From a virus (taxonomy: Duplodnaviria > Caudoviricetes): 25,062 bases of DNA. The notes under the pieces were generated by a model. It had not been told where the DNA came from, did no database searches, and was given only the letters and a program-made list of their open reading frames with translations. Position 1 is the stretch's first letter, and each line of letters begins with the position of its first letter. The translations under genes were made by a program, and so were the position numbers. The DNA is taken from IMG/VR virus record IMGVR_UViG_3300004369_000135, positions 1 to 25,062 of that record. One strand, given 5' to 3'. Of this stretch, positions 1 to 9,217 are shown one piece after another.

Positions 1-1
1 C

Positions 2-3000
2 ACCGATTCTTCACTTTCTTTAGCAGAAAGAAAGAATGACGCACTTGCAGGAATCAATACAATCAACATTACCAGATCAGCTTCTGGTACTCATCAGCTT
101 GTTGCAACAACTGTAAGAAAGGTAATTGATAAGATCGTTGTAACCAACCCAGGTAGTAACTACAGACATAAGAAGATTGATATCCTTTCACAAGCGTATC
201 CACCTTTAGATTACACTAAAGTCAGCACAAGTATTGTTGGTATCAACACATTAAATGACTACATCTTTGCAAAGAATCATGGATTCGAGTCTGGAGATAT
301 TGTTGAATATTCATCTTCAACTACACCTATTTCTGGTCTATCAACCACTTTACAATACAAAGCAATCAAGATTGATTCCGATCGCTTTAGATTGGCTTCT
401 GTAGGAATTGGGTCTACATTCAGCTCTGAAAACTACAAGAGAAACATTTACGTTAAGCTTGATGATTATGGTGTTGGAACTCATACTTTCAAATATCCAA
501 ATATCCAAGTTTCAATTTCTGGAATACCAAATCTTCCAAATGTAACTGGATTTGCAACCGATTCTGTATCTAAATTCAGCACTTCACAAGCTACCGCAGT
601 TCCTGTAGTTTCTGGTGTTATTGATGGTATTTTTGTAACTGAAGGTGGAAGTAATTATGGTTCCGCAAACATTCTAAACTTTGACAGAAAGCCAACAGCT
701 ACCGTCTCTAGCGGCTCTGGAGCCGTTGTAGCTCCAATTATAGTCAATGGTAGCATTGACCAAGTATACGTCCTTAACGGCGGTTCTGGATACGTCTCAA
801 CGCCTACAATTACTGTAAGTGGAACTGGTAATTATGCAAGACTTCTGCCAAAAGTTGTTAATGGTGAGGTTGTATCAGTAACTGTTCTTGATTCTGGTGT
901 TGGTTACACTAAAGAGACTACTGAACTTACGGTAGTAACAAAGGGTAGTGGTTGCATCTTATCTCCAAATATCCAAAAGTGGAATGTTGATACTTATAAA
1001 AAGCATGAGCATATTCTAACAAATCCAAATAACAAAGATGATTTGATTATTATTGAACCATTTAATAAAAATAACACCGACAACCAATCGGTTTCTGTAA
1101 CTGCTCCAAGAATTCTCAGATATCATCTAGGTGATAATATCAATTCATCTTTGGTAGAAGTTGGTATTAATACTTCACACTCTCCTATTATTGGTTGGGC
1201 ATATGATGGAAACCCAATCTATGGCCCCTATGGTTCTAAGAATCCAAAGGCAATTGGTAATATTACTGAGTTAAGATCTAGTTATACTTTGGTATCCAAG
1301 CCAAATAGACCAAGTTTCCCATCTGGATTCTTTGTAGAAGATTATGAATATAGTGGAGATGGAGATCTAGATGCTAACAATGGAAGATTCTGCACAACTC
1401 CAGAGTTCCCAACTGGAACATATGCTTACTTTGCAACAAGAAATAACTTCCCATATGTTCTAAATGGATATAGAAATGACGTAGATCAGTTTAACTACGA
1501 TTTCTCCAAGTCACAACAAATTTTAGACGATCTTCAAGATGATATCTTAAGAAATACAGCCCCATACAAATTAACATCGCCTAATGCAAATTATTACGCT
1601 GCTCCTCAAGTTAAGAGTGAAAGGGAAAAGTCTGAAGTAACTTCGGTCTTCTCTTCTGGCATTTCTTCAGTTAGAGTTCTTCTTCCTGGAAGCAATTATA
1701 AGGTTGGAGAAGTAGTTGATTTTGACAATACTGGAAGTGGTGGAAGAGGTGCTGATGCTGTAATTTCGCATGTTAAAGGTAAAACTATAACATCAGTAAG
1801 CTACTCTACAACTTCATTTAGTGGTGTAGAATTTGCATACAGCAACGAAAGAGTTACTGGAATTACATCAGTTCCCCATAAACTTAGTGATGGTGACCTA
1901 GTAAACATTTCTGGTATCAGCACATATGCATTTAAGTCATTTGAAGGTGTTTATAGAATTGGTGTTTCTTCAATTACAACAAATCTCGAAGTTGGTATTG
2001 GTTCAACTCCTGCAACAGGAATGATAACCGAGATTTCACTTCTAGAAAAATCATATAATGATAGAATTAAAGTAAATGATATTATTGGAATTAATAGTGA
2101 AAGATTCCTGGTACTAGACAGAAATAGAGTTACAGGAGCATACAAAGTATTGCGTGAGTATGATTCTACACTTGGATTGGCACATACAGCAAATGCTGAA
2201 GTATCTCTAGATCAACGTTATTTCACATATACACTAACAGGATTTACTACTAATGCACCTCTTACAGAAAATAGAACTCAATACTTTGATCCACAAACTA
2301 ATGTAGGTTCTGGAACAACCGTAACCAGAACATTTGTTGGTTATGGCATTTCTGCTTCATACGTTGGTGTAGAAACAGGTCAAGGTTCATACACAAGAAT
2401 TAACTTCTCATACAATCCATTTAAGATTGGCGATTATGTAGAATCTACCATTGGAGCTGGAGTAACAATTACTCAAGCTGCGGTTGTTTCTGCATCTACT
2501 ACTTCAATTCTCTTAGATTATGATAGCACAAGTGTTAGTGGTGTTTCAACCACTGGTGTTGTGTTGTTAAGAAAATTATACAACATTGATCCAAGAAACA
2601 TCTTTATTCCTGGTCATGGTTACTTTAATGGTCAAAAATTAAAGTATTCATTTGCTACTGGTGCTGGATTAACCTGCTCCAATAATTCTTCCTTAACTCC
2701 AACGTTTACTTTAAAAAACAATCAGATTGTTTATGCGGTAAAAGTAGACGATAATAATATTGGAATTGTTACAACTCAAGCTGGTATTGGAAGTACAACT
2801 ACAAGATTGTATTTCACAGGTATTGCAACTCAAATTGGATCAACTCATGCATTTACTGAAGTAAGAAATGAAATTCGTGGTTTTGCATCAAGATCTAGAG
2901 CACAAGTTAACACCACAGAAAATAATGGTTTACAGATTGGTGATGAAGTAACACTAGATCTTGTAGCGAATATCTCACAAAATGTAACTTTAAAATATAA

Positions 3001-6000
3001 TGATTATAATGCAAAACTTCTAGTAAACCCTGTAAGTTTTGGTTCAACTCAAGTTGGTGTTGGTTCTACAGTATCAACCCTTAATCTACCTGCACATAAT
3101 CTATCAACTGGTGATAAGGTTGTCTACGAATCCTCCAATCCAATTGCAAATCTAGAAAACAATAGAGAATATTTTGTCATTAAAATTAATGATGACAGTG
3201 TTAAACTAGCAGATTCATATTACAATTCTACCAGATTGAATTATGTCAATGTACCATTTAATTCCTCTGGATCTGGTACACATACTCTCTCACCAATTAA
3301 TCCAAAACTAGAATTTACTAGAAATAGTACGGTTGGATTTGCGGTTTCTGACTCATCATTCCAAAATCTAAAATTAGAGTTCTATGATAACCAAGATTTT
3401 ACAAATCAAAACTTTGAGCAGAACGTAACAAGAATTGGATCTCCTGGAGATGGCAATGTAACTACTAAAGTAAATCTTCTAATCAATGAGAATATTCCTG
3501 ATGTAATCTATTACAAGGCTATTCCAGTAGGAATCGCAAGTATTACGAATAATGCATTAGGTCTAACTGTAGATTCTGATAATTTTAATTCTGGAAAAAT
3601 TGTCATTAAGGATAGTGTTTACAAAGGAACACATAGCGTAGTTTCTATTGGAAATAGTGTATTTTACTTTAATGTTGATAAGAAACCAGAATCTACATCA
3701 TACACCTCAAGTGGTGTAACTACAACTTCATATGTCACAAGCTCAACATCTGCTTCTGGTGGAATCTTCAATGTTAAGGTAAATTATCCTGGTGTTGGAT
3801 ATAAGTCTGTACCTGGAATTTCAACAGTTGTTACCGATTCTGGCACTGGTGGAGTATTAAGAGCGTATTCTGATACTATTGGTAAAATTAAGTCTGTAAG
3901 TTTGGCTCTTCCTGGTTATAATTATCCTACAGATAGAACTATCTCGGCTAAAGCTGATACACCTATCGTTTTAAGAATTAAGAACAATAATCGCGTTTCG
4001 CAAGTTAGAGTTATCAGTGGAGGTAGTAATTATACAACTCCTCCTAAATTAAAGGTTATTGGTAATAATGCATTGTTACTATCTGCTAACATTACTGGAA
4101 ATTCAGTATCCTCTGTTGATATTTTGAATAATGTTGGTGGATTGCCTGAAGTTGGCCCAGTTGTAGTTCCAACGTTTAACAGCAATGGTATTAGAGTCAT
4201 TGATGGTTATAGTAGTGGTACAGATATTACTCTATCGCTAAAAGCTCCTACTAACGGGTTTACCGAGTTTCCATTCCAAATTGGAGATGAAATTTATGTT
4301 GAGGGTATTGTAGGTTTAGGAAGCACTGGATTTGTTGGTGATGGATACAACTCTGAGGATTATGGATATAGAAACTTTGTAGTTACACAGAGAGTAACTA
4401 CAACTGGATCAGAGACAATCACGTACTCTATTGCTGGAATTGGAACAACTGCTGGTACATTTGACGTAGCTAATAGTGCTGGTAAGGTTATTAAATCTAC
4501 AGATCTTGCAACTTTTGCAATTGATGTGGAGCAGACAGAATTCTTCAGCCAAGAAAAATTAATTGTTGGCGATAAAACCACAAATGTACTCAATAATGGA
4601 TGGGACAGTACGAGAAGAATTCTAAAAGTTTCTGGTAAAGGAATCAATCCTGAAGTATCTGAAATTGTGACTGGATCTTTATCTGGATCTATTGGTGAGA
4701 TTGAAGAAGTTATTACCAATGACTCAAATTACAGTACAAGTTCTTCAATTACTCTGAATGCAGAATCAATTTGGTTAAGTGATTCTGGAATCCTCAATAA
4801 TTCTTTACAGAGAATTCAAGATAGCGATTACTATCAAAACTTCTCATATTCTATCAAGAGCACTATTCCAAAGACAACTTGGGAAGAGCCAGTTAATAGC
4901 TTAGTTCACTCTGTAGGATTTAAGAACTTCAGTGATTTGGTTTTGAATAGTAAACCAGAAGAAACACTCAAAGTATCAATCGGTTCTTCGACAATTACAA
5001 CTATTGTATCACTTGACAATGTTGCTTCAATGTATACTAAGTATAATTTTGACTTAGGTACTGAAGAAACCACAAGTCAAGGTATTTCAAAGTTTGTTAA
5101 CTTTGAAAACTCTAAATTGACCGATTATTCTATTTGCCAGACTAATAAGGTATTAAAGATTGATGATATCAGCTCCCAGTTCACTGGAATTGGTAGCTTT
5201 GGTCTCACTGCTGGTTTAACATCATTCCCACTAGCCAATCAAGGTGTCACTCTACTTAAGAAGACATTTGATGCTACAAATCTATCTGTAGTTTCTGCAG
5301 GCAGTAGTCAAATCTTTATTCCTGGTCACGATTTCAGTACTGGTGAAGAATTAGTATATAATCCAGGTACAGGTGGATCGTATATCGGAATTGCGACTAC
5401 AAGCAGAACTATCTCTGGTGTAAGCACATCCAGATTACCTACAACTGTATTTGCATATAAAGTTAATAATAACATCATTAAGCTTTCTGGTATTAAAACT
5501 GATGCTACTGAAAATGAGATCTTCTTCCAGTTTACCTCACCAACAGGAATTGGCTCTACAGTTGCATCTGGACAGTATCACACTTTGTCTCCAGAATATA
5601 AGATCTCAAATACAAGAGCTTTAATTACAATTGACGGTATCATTCAAAGCCCCCTCTATAGATTACCAGTTTCTACAAGTTTAGATCAAACTGTTGATTT
5701 GACAGATACTGCTGTTACTTTGACTGGTATTACGTCAATTAGAACTAATACCCTTATACAAATTGGTGATGAAATTGTACAGGCTAGAGTTGTTGGTTTA
5801 GGATCAACTAATGTAGTTTCTGTTGATAGAGCTGTTCTTGGAACTCAACAATCTGCACATATTGTCGGAACTGCTGTCACAGTTCTTGGTGGAGATTATA
5901 GCATTAGTGACGGTGCAATCTATTTCATCGCACCTCCATACGGCCCAGTTGGTGTTAGCACTTTACAACCAGGAATTTCTACAAACTCAACGTTCTCTGG

Positions 6001-9000
6001 TAGAATTTTCTATAGAAATGAATATAAAGAGAACTTTATTTTTGATGATATCTCCAATCAATTTGATGGAATTAATAAGTCATTTACATTAGAATCTAAT
6101 AGTCAAGATGTAACTGGAATTGTCACTGGTGGAAACACTAATTATGGAATTGTGTTGATTAACAATATCAACCAACAACCCACAATTGATTATACAATGG
6201 CTCAGAGAGTTTCTCCTGGCATTGGCGCATCAATTACATTTACAGGAACAAGTATTGAAACTATTCCTAGAGGAGGTATCATTGATGAAGTTACGGCTGG
6301 TTTTGGATTTGGATATCAGTCTTTACAACAAGCTTTTGCAGTATGTTCAGTTTCTGCTGGTGGAACAGTTCAGTCAGTTTCTATCATAAATTCTGGATCT
6401 GGCTATAGAACACCTCCAACAGTTAGTATTGCAAGTAGTGTTGGTGGCAGTGGAGCTGTAATTAATTCTGAACTTATCTCTGGAAGTGTAAGTGTATTGA
6501 ACATTACAAATGGTGGCTCTGGTTACAGCCAAGCAAGTCCTCCAACAATCACTGTCGGTGTCCCAACTGCTTATTCAAACTTAGAATTGATTGGTGGTTC
6601 TGGTTACGGTGGAAAGGTTAACGTTCAGGTTGGTTCTGGTGGTAGTGTAACTCAATTCCAAATTATTGATAGGGGTTACGGTTACAAGCCAAATGATGTA
6701 TTAACTATTACTGGTGTTCCAGTGGGATTTGGTACTAGTGCGTTCACCTTAACTGTAAACTCTATAATTAATAATAAGTTCTCTGGCTGGAGCTTTGGTC
6801 TATTAGATAGACTAGATGATTTCTCTCAATATTTTAATGGAAGAAGAAAAACATTCTCATTAACAAAGACTGTAATTACTTCAAATCCATTTAGTATTGA
6901 TTCTGCTCCTGGATCTGGAATTGATGTTGAAAACAATCTATTAATCTTCATTAATGATATCCTTCAGCAACCAGGAAGAGATTACCTATTTGATGGTGGA
7001 ACTCAAATCACATTTACTGAAGCTCCAAAGTCTGGAAGCAAATTCCAAATCCTATTCTATAAGGGATCTGATTCTGATGTAGTTGATGTTGATATCACTG
7101 AAACTATTAAAGTTGGTGATTATATTAAATTATTGGGAACTGCGCCGTATCAGGAGCAAAATAGAAGAATTGTTGAAGAAATTACTAAGAGAGACCAAGT
7201 ACAAACAAACAACTACTTTGATGTCGGCATTTCCACTTCACAAGAAGTTCAAAGACTTGTAAATTGGACTAAACAAACTTCTGATTTGGTTGTTGATGGT
7301 GAAATTATTTCCAAATCAAGAACCAATTATATTTCAAATATCAAACCAACTTCAAGAATTATCAAAAATATTGTCACTTCTGATTCTGAAATTTATGTTG
7401 AAAATGCCTACCCATTCTTCAGACAATTAGATAATTATTTACAAGAAGATAACAAGGTGATGATTGTTGATGGTATTGACGTTGAAGCTGCAACGGCTTC
7501 AGCCACAGTTTCTGCATCTAGTACCATCAGTTCGGTTTCTATTACAAGTCCTGGATTTGGATATACAGTTTCATCTGTTCCAAATGTAAGTTTTGCTTCA
7601 ACTATACCACAAATACGTGAAATTGGCAAGACTTGGAATGTAGGTATTATTACTTCTGCTGCAAGATCTTACAAAGACTTAGCATATAAGGGTGGATTAT
7701 ACGTTGCAGTTAGTGATGGTGGTTTTATTTCAACCTCAACCGATTCATCAACTTGGCTATCCCATAATGAAGTTGCATACGATTTAACTGCTGTTGGCGT
7801 TGGAAGCGATGCATTTGTTATTGTTGGACATAATGGAACTACATTAAGGTCATATAGTGGCGCAGAAGGCTCCTGGTTTGGTAGTCCAGTATTCTACAGC
7901 AGAAACTTTAACAATATCAACTTCTCATATAATGTAATCGCATCCTTCACAAGACAATTGAATGCGGTTACATATGGAAATGAAGCGTTTGTTGCTGTTG
8001 GAACTGGAGGAACAGCCATCGTTACAAACTATGGTTCTGGGGGAATTGGCACTGCCTGGGTTGTAAGAAGCACTCCTATAACAAGTGCTCTCAATGGAAT
8101 TACATTTGGTCTTGATGGATTTATTACTGTTGGCAATTCTGGAAGAATTTTATCTAGTTCTGATGGATATGTTTGGAATGAAGTTCCTTCATCAGGAATT
8201 GTAACTGTAGAGAATCTTTACGATGTAGCTTATGTCAATGACAAGTTCATTGCTGTTGGTGAGAATGGTACTGTAATCTACTCAACTGATGGAAGTATCT
8301 GGACATTAGCAACTACAAATACATCAACAAACTTATATTCTGTAACTTATGTTGATAACGTATATGTTATCACTGGTGAAGATGCTTTGGTATTGAACTC
8401 AATTGACGGAATCAATTGGAACATTAGAATTTCTGCAATTGCAACATCAATCAATAAACTGATTACATATCCAGATGGAGTTATTGGTGTAGGATCTACT
8501 TCACAGTATGCTTATTCTAATCCAGAACTTGTAAGATGTCAAGCATCAGCAACAGTTTCTGCTGCTGGAACTATATCAAATATTACAATTACTGAAGGTG
8601 GATTTGGATATGATCCAACAGCAACTGCACAAGTTCTAGTATCTCCACCATCTGCAAAATACGAAATTCTAACAAATGTAGATTCTGTAGGAGACTTTGG
8701 TGTTGTTGTTTCATTAGGAACAAGTGCTACGGGTGTAAATACATCTTCTCCGATGGTACAATTTGATTTTGATTGTGATGATTTCTTGAATGTCACTAAA
8801 TATGGATTTATTGCAAGAAGTGGTATTACAACTGGCGATTACTTTACAATTAAGAATTCGTGTGTTGGAGATGCAATAACTTCGCTAGATCCATCAACTG
8901 ATATTCTTGGAATAGGATCTACTTTCATTGATAATGTTTATCGCGCAGATCAAGTCATCAATGACGGAATCTCTGGTATTGTAACAGTTTACTCAAATGT

Positions 9001-9187
9001 ACAAACAATTGTTGGACTTGCTTCAACCTCTTTTGCTGGAATCGCTGAGTACTCATGGGGTAAACTTTACAACTTCAATACAAGAACTTTACCAAAAGAA
9101 TTTAAATTATCAAATAGTGGTCTAACTGGTGTATCAACTGCGCCAATTGTCACTCGAATCAATGCTCTTAAGGAAGAGTTTTCATAA
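2..9187 (+). CDS. gp7: Giant baseplate wedge protein, T4 gp7-like (cyanophage 'baseplate wedge initiator'), 5'-partial
   Basis: Frame 2 is open from base 2 (TDSSLSLAERKNDALAGINTINITR...NHGFESGDIVEY...), so the TTG at 392 is internal and the gene starts upstream of the window. It carries the wedge-type motif RIQDSDYYQNFSYSIKS...W...V..LVHSVGFKNF (~4811-4930) and many GGSGY/PTITV and HGF..GD.V.Y repeats. It lies directly upstream of gp8, as in T4-like cyanophages. Confidence 0.8.
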   Translation, partial: TDSSLSLAERKNDALAGINTINITRSASGTHQLVATTVRKVIDKIVVTNPGSNYRHKKIDILSQAYPPLDYTKVSTSIVGINTLNDYIFAKNHGFESGDIVEYSSSTTPISGLSTTLQYKAIKIDSDRFRLASVGIGSTFSSENYKRNIYVKLDDYGVGTHTFKYPNIQVSISGIPNLPNVTGFATDSVSKFSTSQATAVPVVSGVIDGIFVTEGGSNYGSANILNFDRKPTATVSSGSGAVVAPIIVNGSIDQVYVLNGGSGYVSTPTITVSGTGNYARLLPKVVNGEVVSVTVLDSGVGYTKETTELTVVTKGSGCILSPNIQKWNVDTYKKHEHILTNPNNKDDLIIIEPFNKNNTDNQSVSVTAPRILRYHLGDNINSSLVEVGINTSHSPIIGWAYDGNPIYGPYGSKNPKAIGNITELRSSYTLVSKPNRPSFPSGFFVEDYEYSGDGDLDANNGRFCTTPEFPTGTYAYFATRNNFPYVLNGYRNDVDQFNYDFSKSQQILDDLQDDILRNTAPYKLTSPNANYYAAPQVKSEREKSEVTSVFSSGISSVRVLLPGSNYKVGEVVDFDNTGSGGRGADAVISHVKGKTITSVSYSTTSFSGVEFAYSNERVTGITSVPHKLSDGDLVNISGISTYAFKSFEGVYRIGVSSITTNLEVGIGSTPATGMITEISLLEKSYNDRIKVNDIIGINSERFLVLDRNRVTGAYKVLREYDSTLGLAHTANAEVSLDQRYFTYTLTGFTTNAPLTENRTQYFDPQTNVGSGTTVTRTFVGYGISASYVGVETGQGSYTRINFSYNPFKIGDYVESTIGAGVTITQAAVVSASTTSILLDYDSTSVSGVSTTGVVLLRKLYNIDPRNIFIPGHGYFNGQKLKYSFATGAGLTCSNNSSLTPTFTLKNNQIVYAVKVDDNNIGIVTTQAGIGSTTTRLYFTGIATQIGSTHAFTEVRNEIRGFASRSRAQVNTTENNGLQIGDEVTLDLVANISQNVTLKYNDYNAKLLVNPVSFGSTQVGVGSTVSTLNLPAHNLSTGDKVVYESSNPIANLENNREYFVIKINDDSVKLADSYYNSTRLNYVNVPFNSSGSGTHTLSPINPKLEFTRNSTVGFAVSDSSFQNLKLEFYDNQDFTNQNFEQNVTRIGSPGDGNVTTKVNLLINENIPDVIYYKAIPVGIASITNNALGLTVDSDNFNSGKIVIKDSVYKGTHSVVSIGNSVFYFNVDKKPESTSYTSSGVTTTSYVTSSTSASGGIFNVKVNYPGVGYKSVPGISTVVTDSGTGGVLRAYSDTIGKIKSVSLALPGYNYPTDRTISAKADTPIVLRIKNNNRVSQVRVISGGSNYTTPPKLKVIGNNALLLSANITGNSVSSVDILNNVGGLPEVGPVVVPTFNSNGIRVIDGYSSGTDITLSLKAPTNGFTEFPFQIGDEIYVEGIVGLGSTGFVGDGYNSEDYGYRNFVVTQRVTTTGSETITYSIAGIGTTAGTFDVANSAGKVIKSTDLATFAIDVEQTEFFSQEKLIVGDKTTNVLNNGWDSTRRILKVSGKGINPEVSEIVTGSLSGSIGEIEEVITNDSNYSTSSSITLNAESIWLSDSGILNNSLQRIQDSDYYQNFSYSIKSTIPKTTWEEPVNSLVHSVGFKNFSDLVLNSKPEETLKVSIGSSTITTIVSLDNVASMYTKYNFDLGTEETTSQGISKFVNFENSKLTDYSICQTNKVLKIDDISSQFTGIGSFGLTAGLTSFPLANQGVTLLKKTFDATNLSVVSAGSSQIFIPGHDFSTGEELVYNPGTGGSYIGIATTSRTISGVSTSRLPTTVFAYKVNNNIIKLSGIKTDATENEIFFQFTSPTGIGSTVASGQYHTLSPEYKISNTRALITIDGIIQSPLYRLPVSTSLDQTVDLTDTAVTLTGITSIRTNTLIQIGDEIVQARVVGLGSTNVVSVDRAVLGTQQSAHIVGTAVTVLGGDYSISDGAIYFIAPPYGPVGVSTLQPGISTNSTFSGRIFYRNEYKENFIFDDISNQFDGINKSFTLESNSQDVTGIVTGGNTNYGIVLINNINQQPTIDYTMAQRVSPGIGASITFTGTSIETIPRGGIIDEVTAGFGFGYQSLQQAFAVCSVSAGGTVQSVSIINSGSGYRTPPTVSIASSVGGSGAVINSELISGSVSVLNITNGGSGYSQASPPTITVGVPTAYSNLELIGGSGYGGKVNVQVGSGGSVTQFQIIDRGYGYKPNDVLTITGVPVGFGTSAFTLTVNSIINNKFSGWSFGLLDRLDDFSQYFNGRRKTFSLTKTVITSNPFSIDSAPGSGIDVENNLLIFINDILQQPGRDYLFDGGTQITFTEAPKSGSKFQILFYKGSDSDVVDVDITETIKVGDYIKLLGTAPYQEQNRRIVEEITKRDQVQTNNYFDVGISTSQEVQRLVNWTKQTSDLVVDGEIISKSRTNYISNIKPTSRIIKNIVTSDSEIYVENAYPFFRQLDNYLQEDNKVMIVDGIDVEAATASATVSASSTISSVSITSPGFGYTVSSVPNVSFASTIPQIREIGKTWNVGIITSAARSYKDLAYKGGLYVAVSDGGFISTSTDSSTWLSHNEVAYDLTAVGVGSDAFVIVGHNGTTLRSYSGAEGSWFGSPVFYSRNFNNINFSYNVIASFTRQLNAVTYGNEAFVAVGTGGTAIVTNYGSGGIGTAWVVRSTPITSALNGITFGLDGFITVGNSGRILSSSDGYVWNEVPSSGIVTVENLYDVAYVNDKFIAVGENGTVIYSTDGSIWTLATTNTSTNLYSVTYVDNVYVITGEDALVLNSIDGINWNIRISAIATSINKLITYPDGVIGVGSTSQYAYSNPELVRCQASATVSAAGTISNITITEGGFGYDPTATAQVLVSPPSAKYEILTNVDSVGDFGVVVSLGTSATGVNTSSPMVQFDFDCDDFLNVTKYGFIARSGITTGDYFTIKNSCVGDAITSLDPSTDILGIGSTFIDNVYRADQVINDGISGIVTVYSNVQTIVGLASTSFAGIAEYSWGKLYNFNTRTLPKEFKLSNSGLTGVSTAPIVTRINALKEEFS
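1178..1456 (+). other. YHYH-family-like domain embedded in gp7
   Basis: HSPIIGWAYDGNPIYGPYG...GDLDANNGRFCTTPEFPTGTYAYFAT...FPY matches the recalled C-terminal half of YHYH proteins (GxAxDGxPIYG, DLDxxNG, YxY). Confidence 0.65.
7631..8524 (+). repeat. Seven ~40-60-aa BNR/YCF48-like repeats (probable beta-propeller) within gp7
   Basis: Repeating unit L-x-x-V-x-Y-x(3)-F-V-A-V-G-x-x-G-x(4)-S-x-D-G-x-x-W, e.g. LNGITFGLDGFITVGNSGRILSSSDGYVW and LYDVAYVNDKFIAVGENGTVIYSTDGSIW. Seven units counted, the last one degenerate. Confidence 0.75.
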
Positions 9188-9190
9188 CAC

Positions 9191-9198
9191 GATAAATA
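9191..9198 (+). promoter_or_regulatory. T4-type late promoter (GATAAATA) upstream of gp8
   Basis: NATAAATA box in the 30-nt intergenic gap, 19 nt before the ATG at 9218. The T4 gp55 consensus is TATAAATA, and cyanophages tolerate variation at the first base. Confidence 0.7.
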
Positions 9199-9217
9199 AC
9201 TAAAAAACTATAAACAC

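Noticed and set aside
392-394. TTG start assigned by the ORF track to the 2931-aa protein
   Set aside because: The frame is open and protein-like from base 2, including a HGF..GD.VEY repeat, so the real start is upstream of the window.
2710-2719. Slippery-looking T TTA AAA AAC in gp7
   Set aside because: Expected by chance in AT-rich DNA. I saw no downstream stimulatory structure or extended alternative frame.
7631-8524. Interpreting the propeller as an auxiliary photosystem II assembly factor (Ycf48)
   Set aside because: It is fused inside a virion baseplate protein. The similarity reflects a generic BNR-type propeller repeat, not a photosynthesis function.
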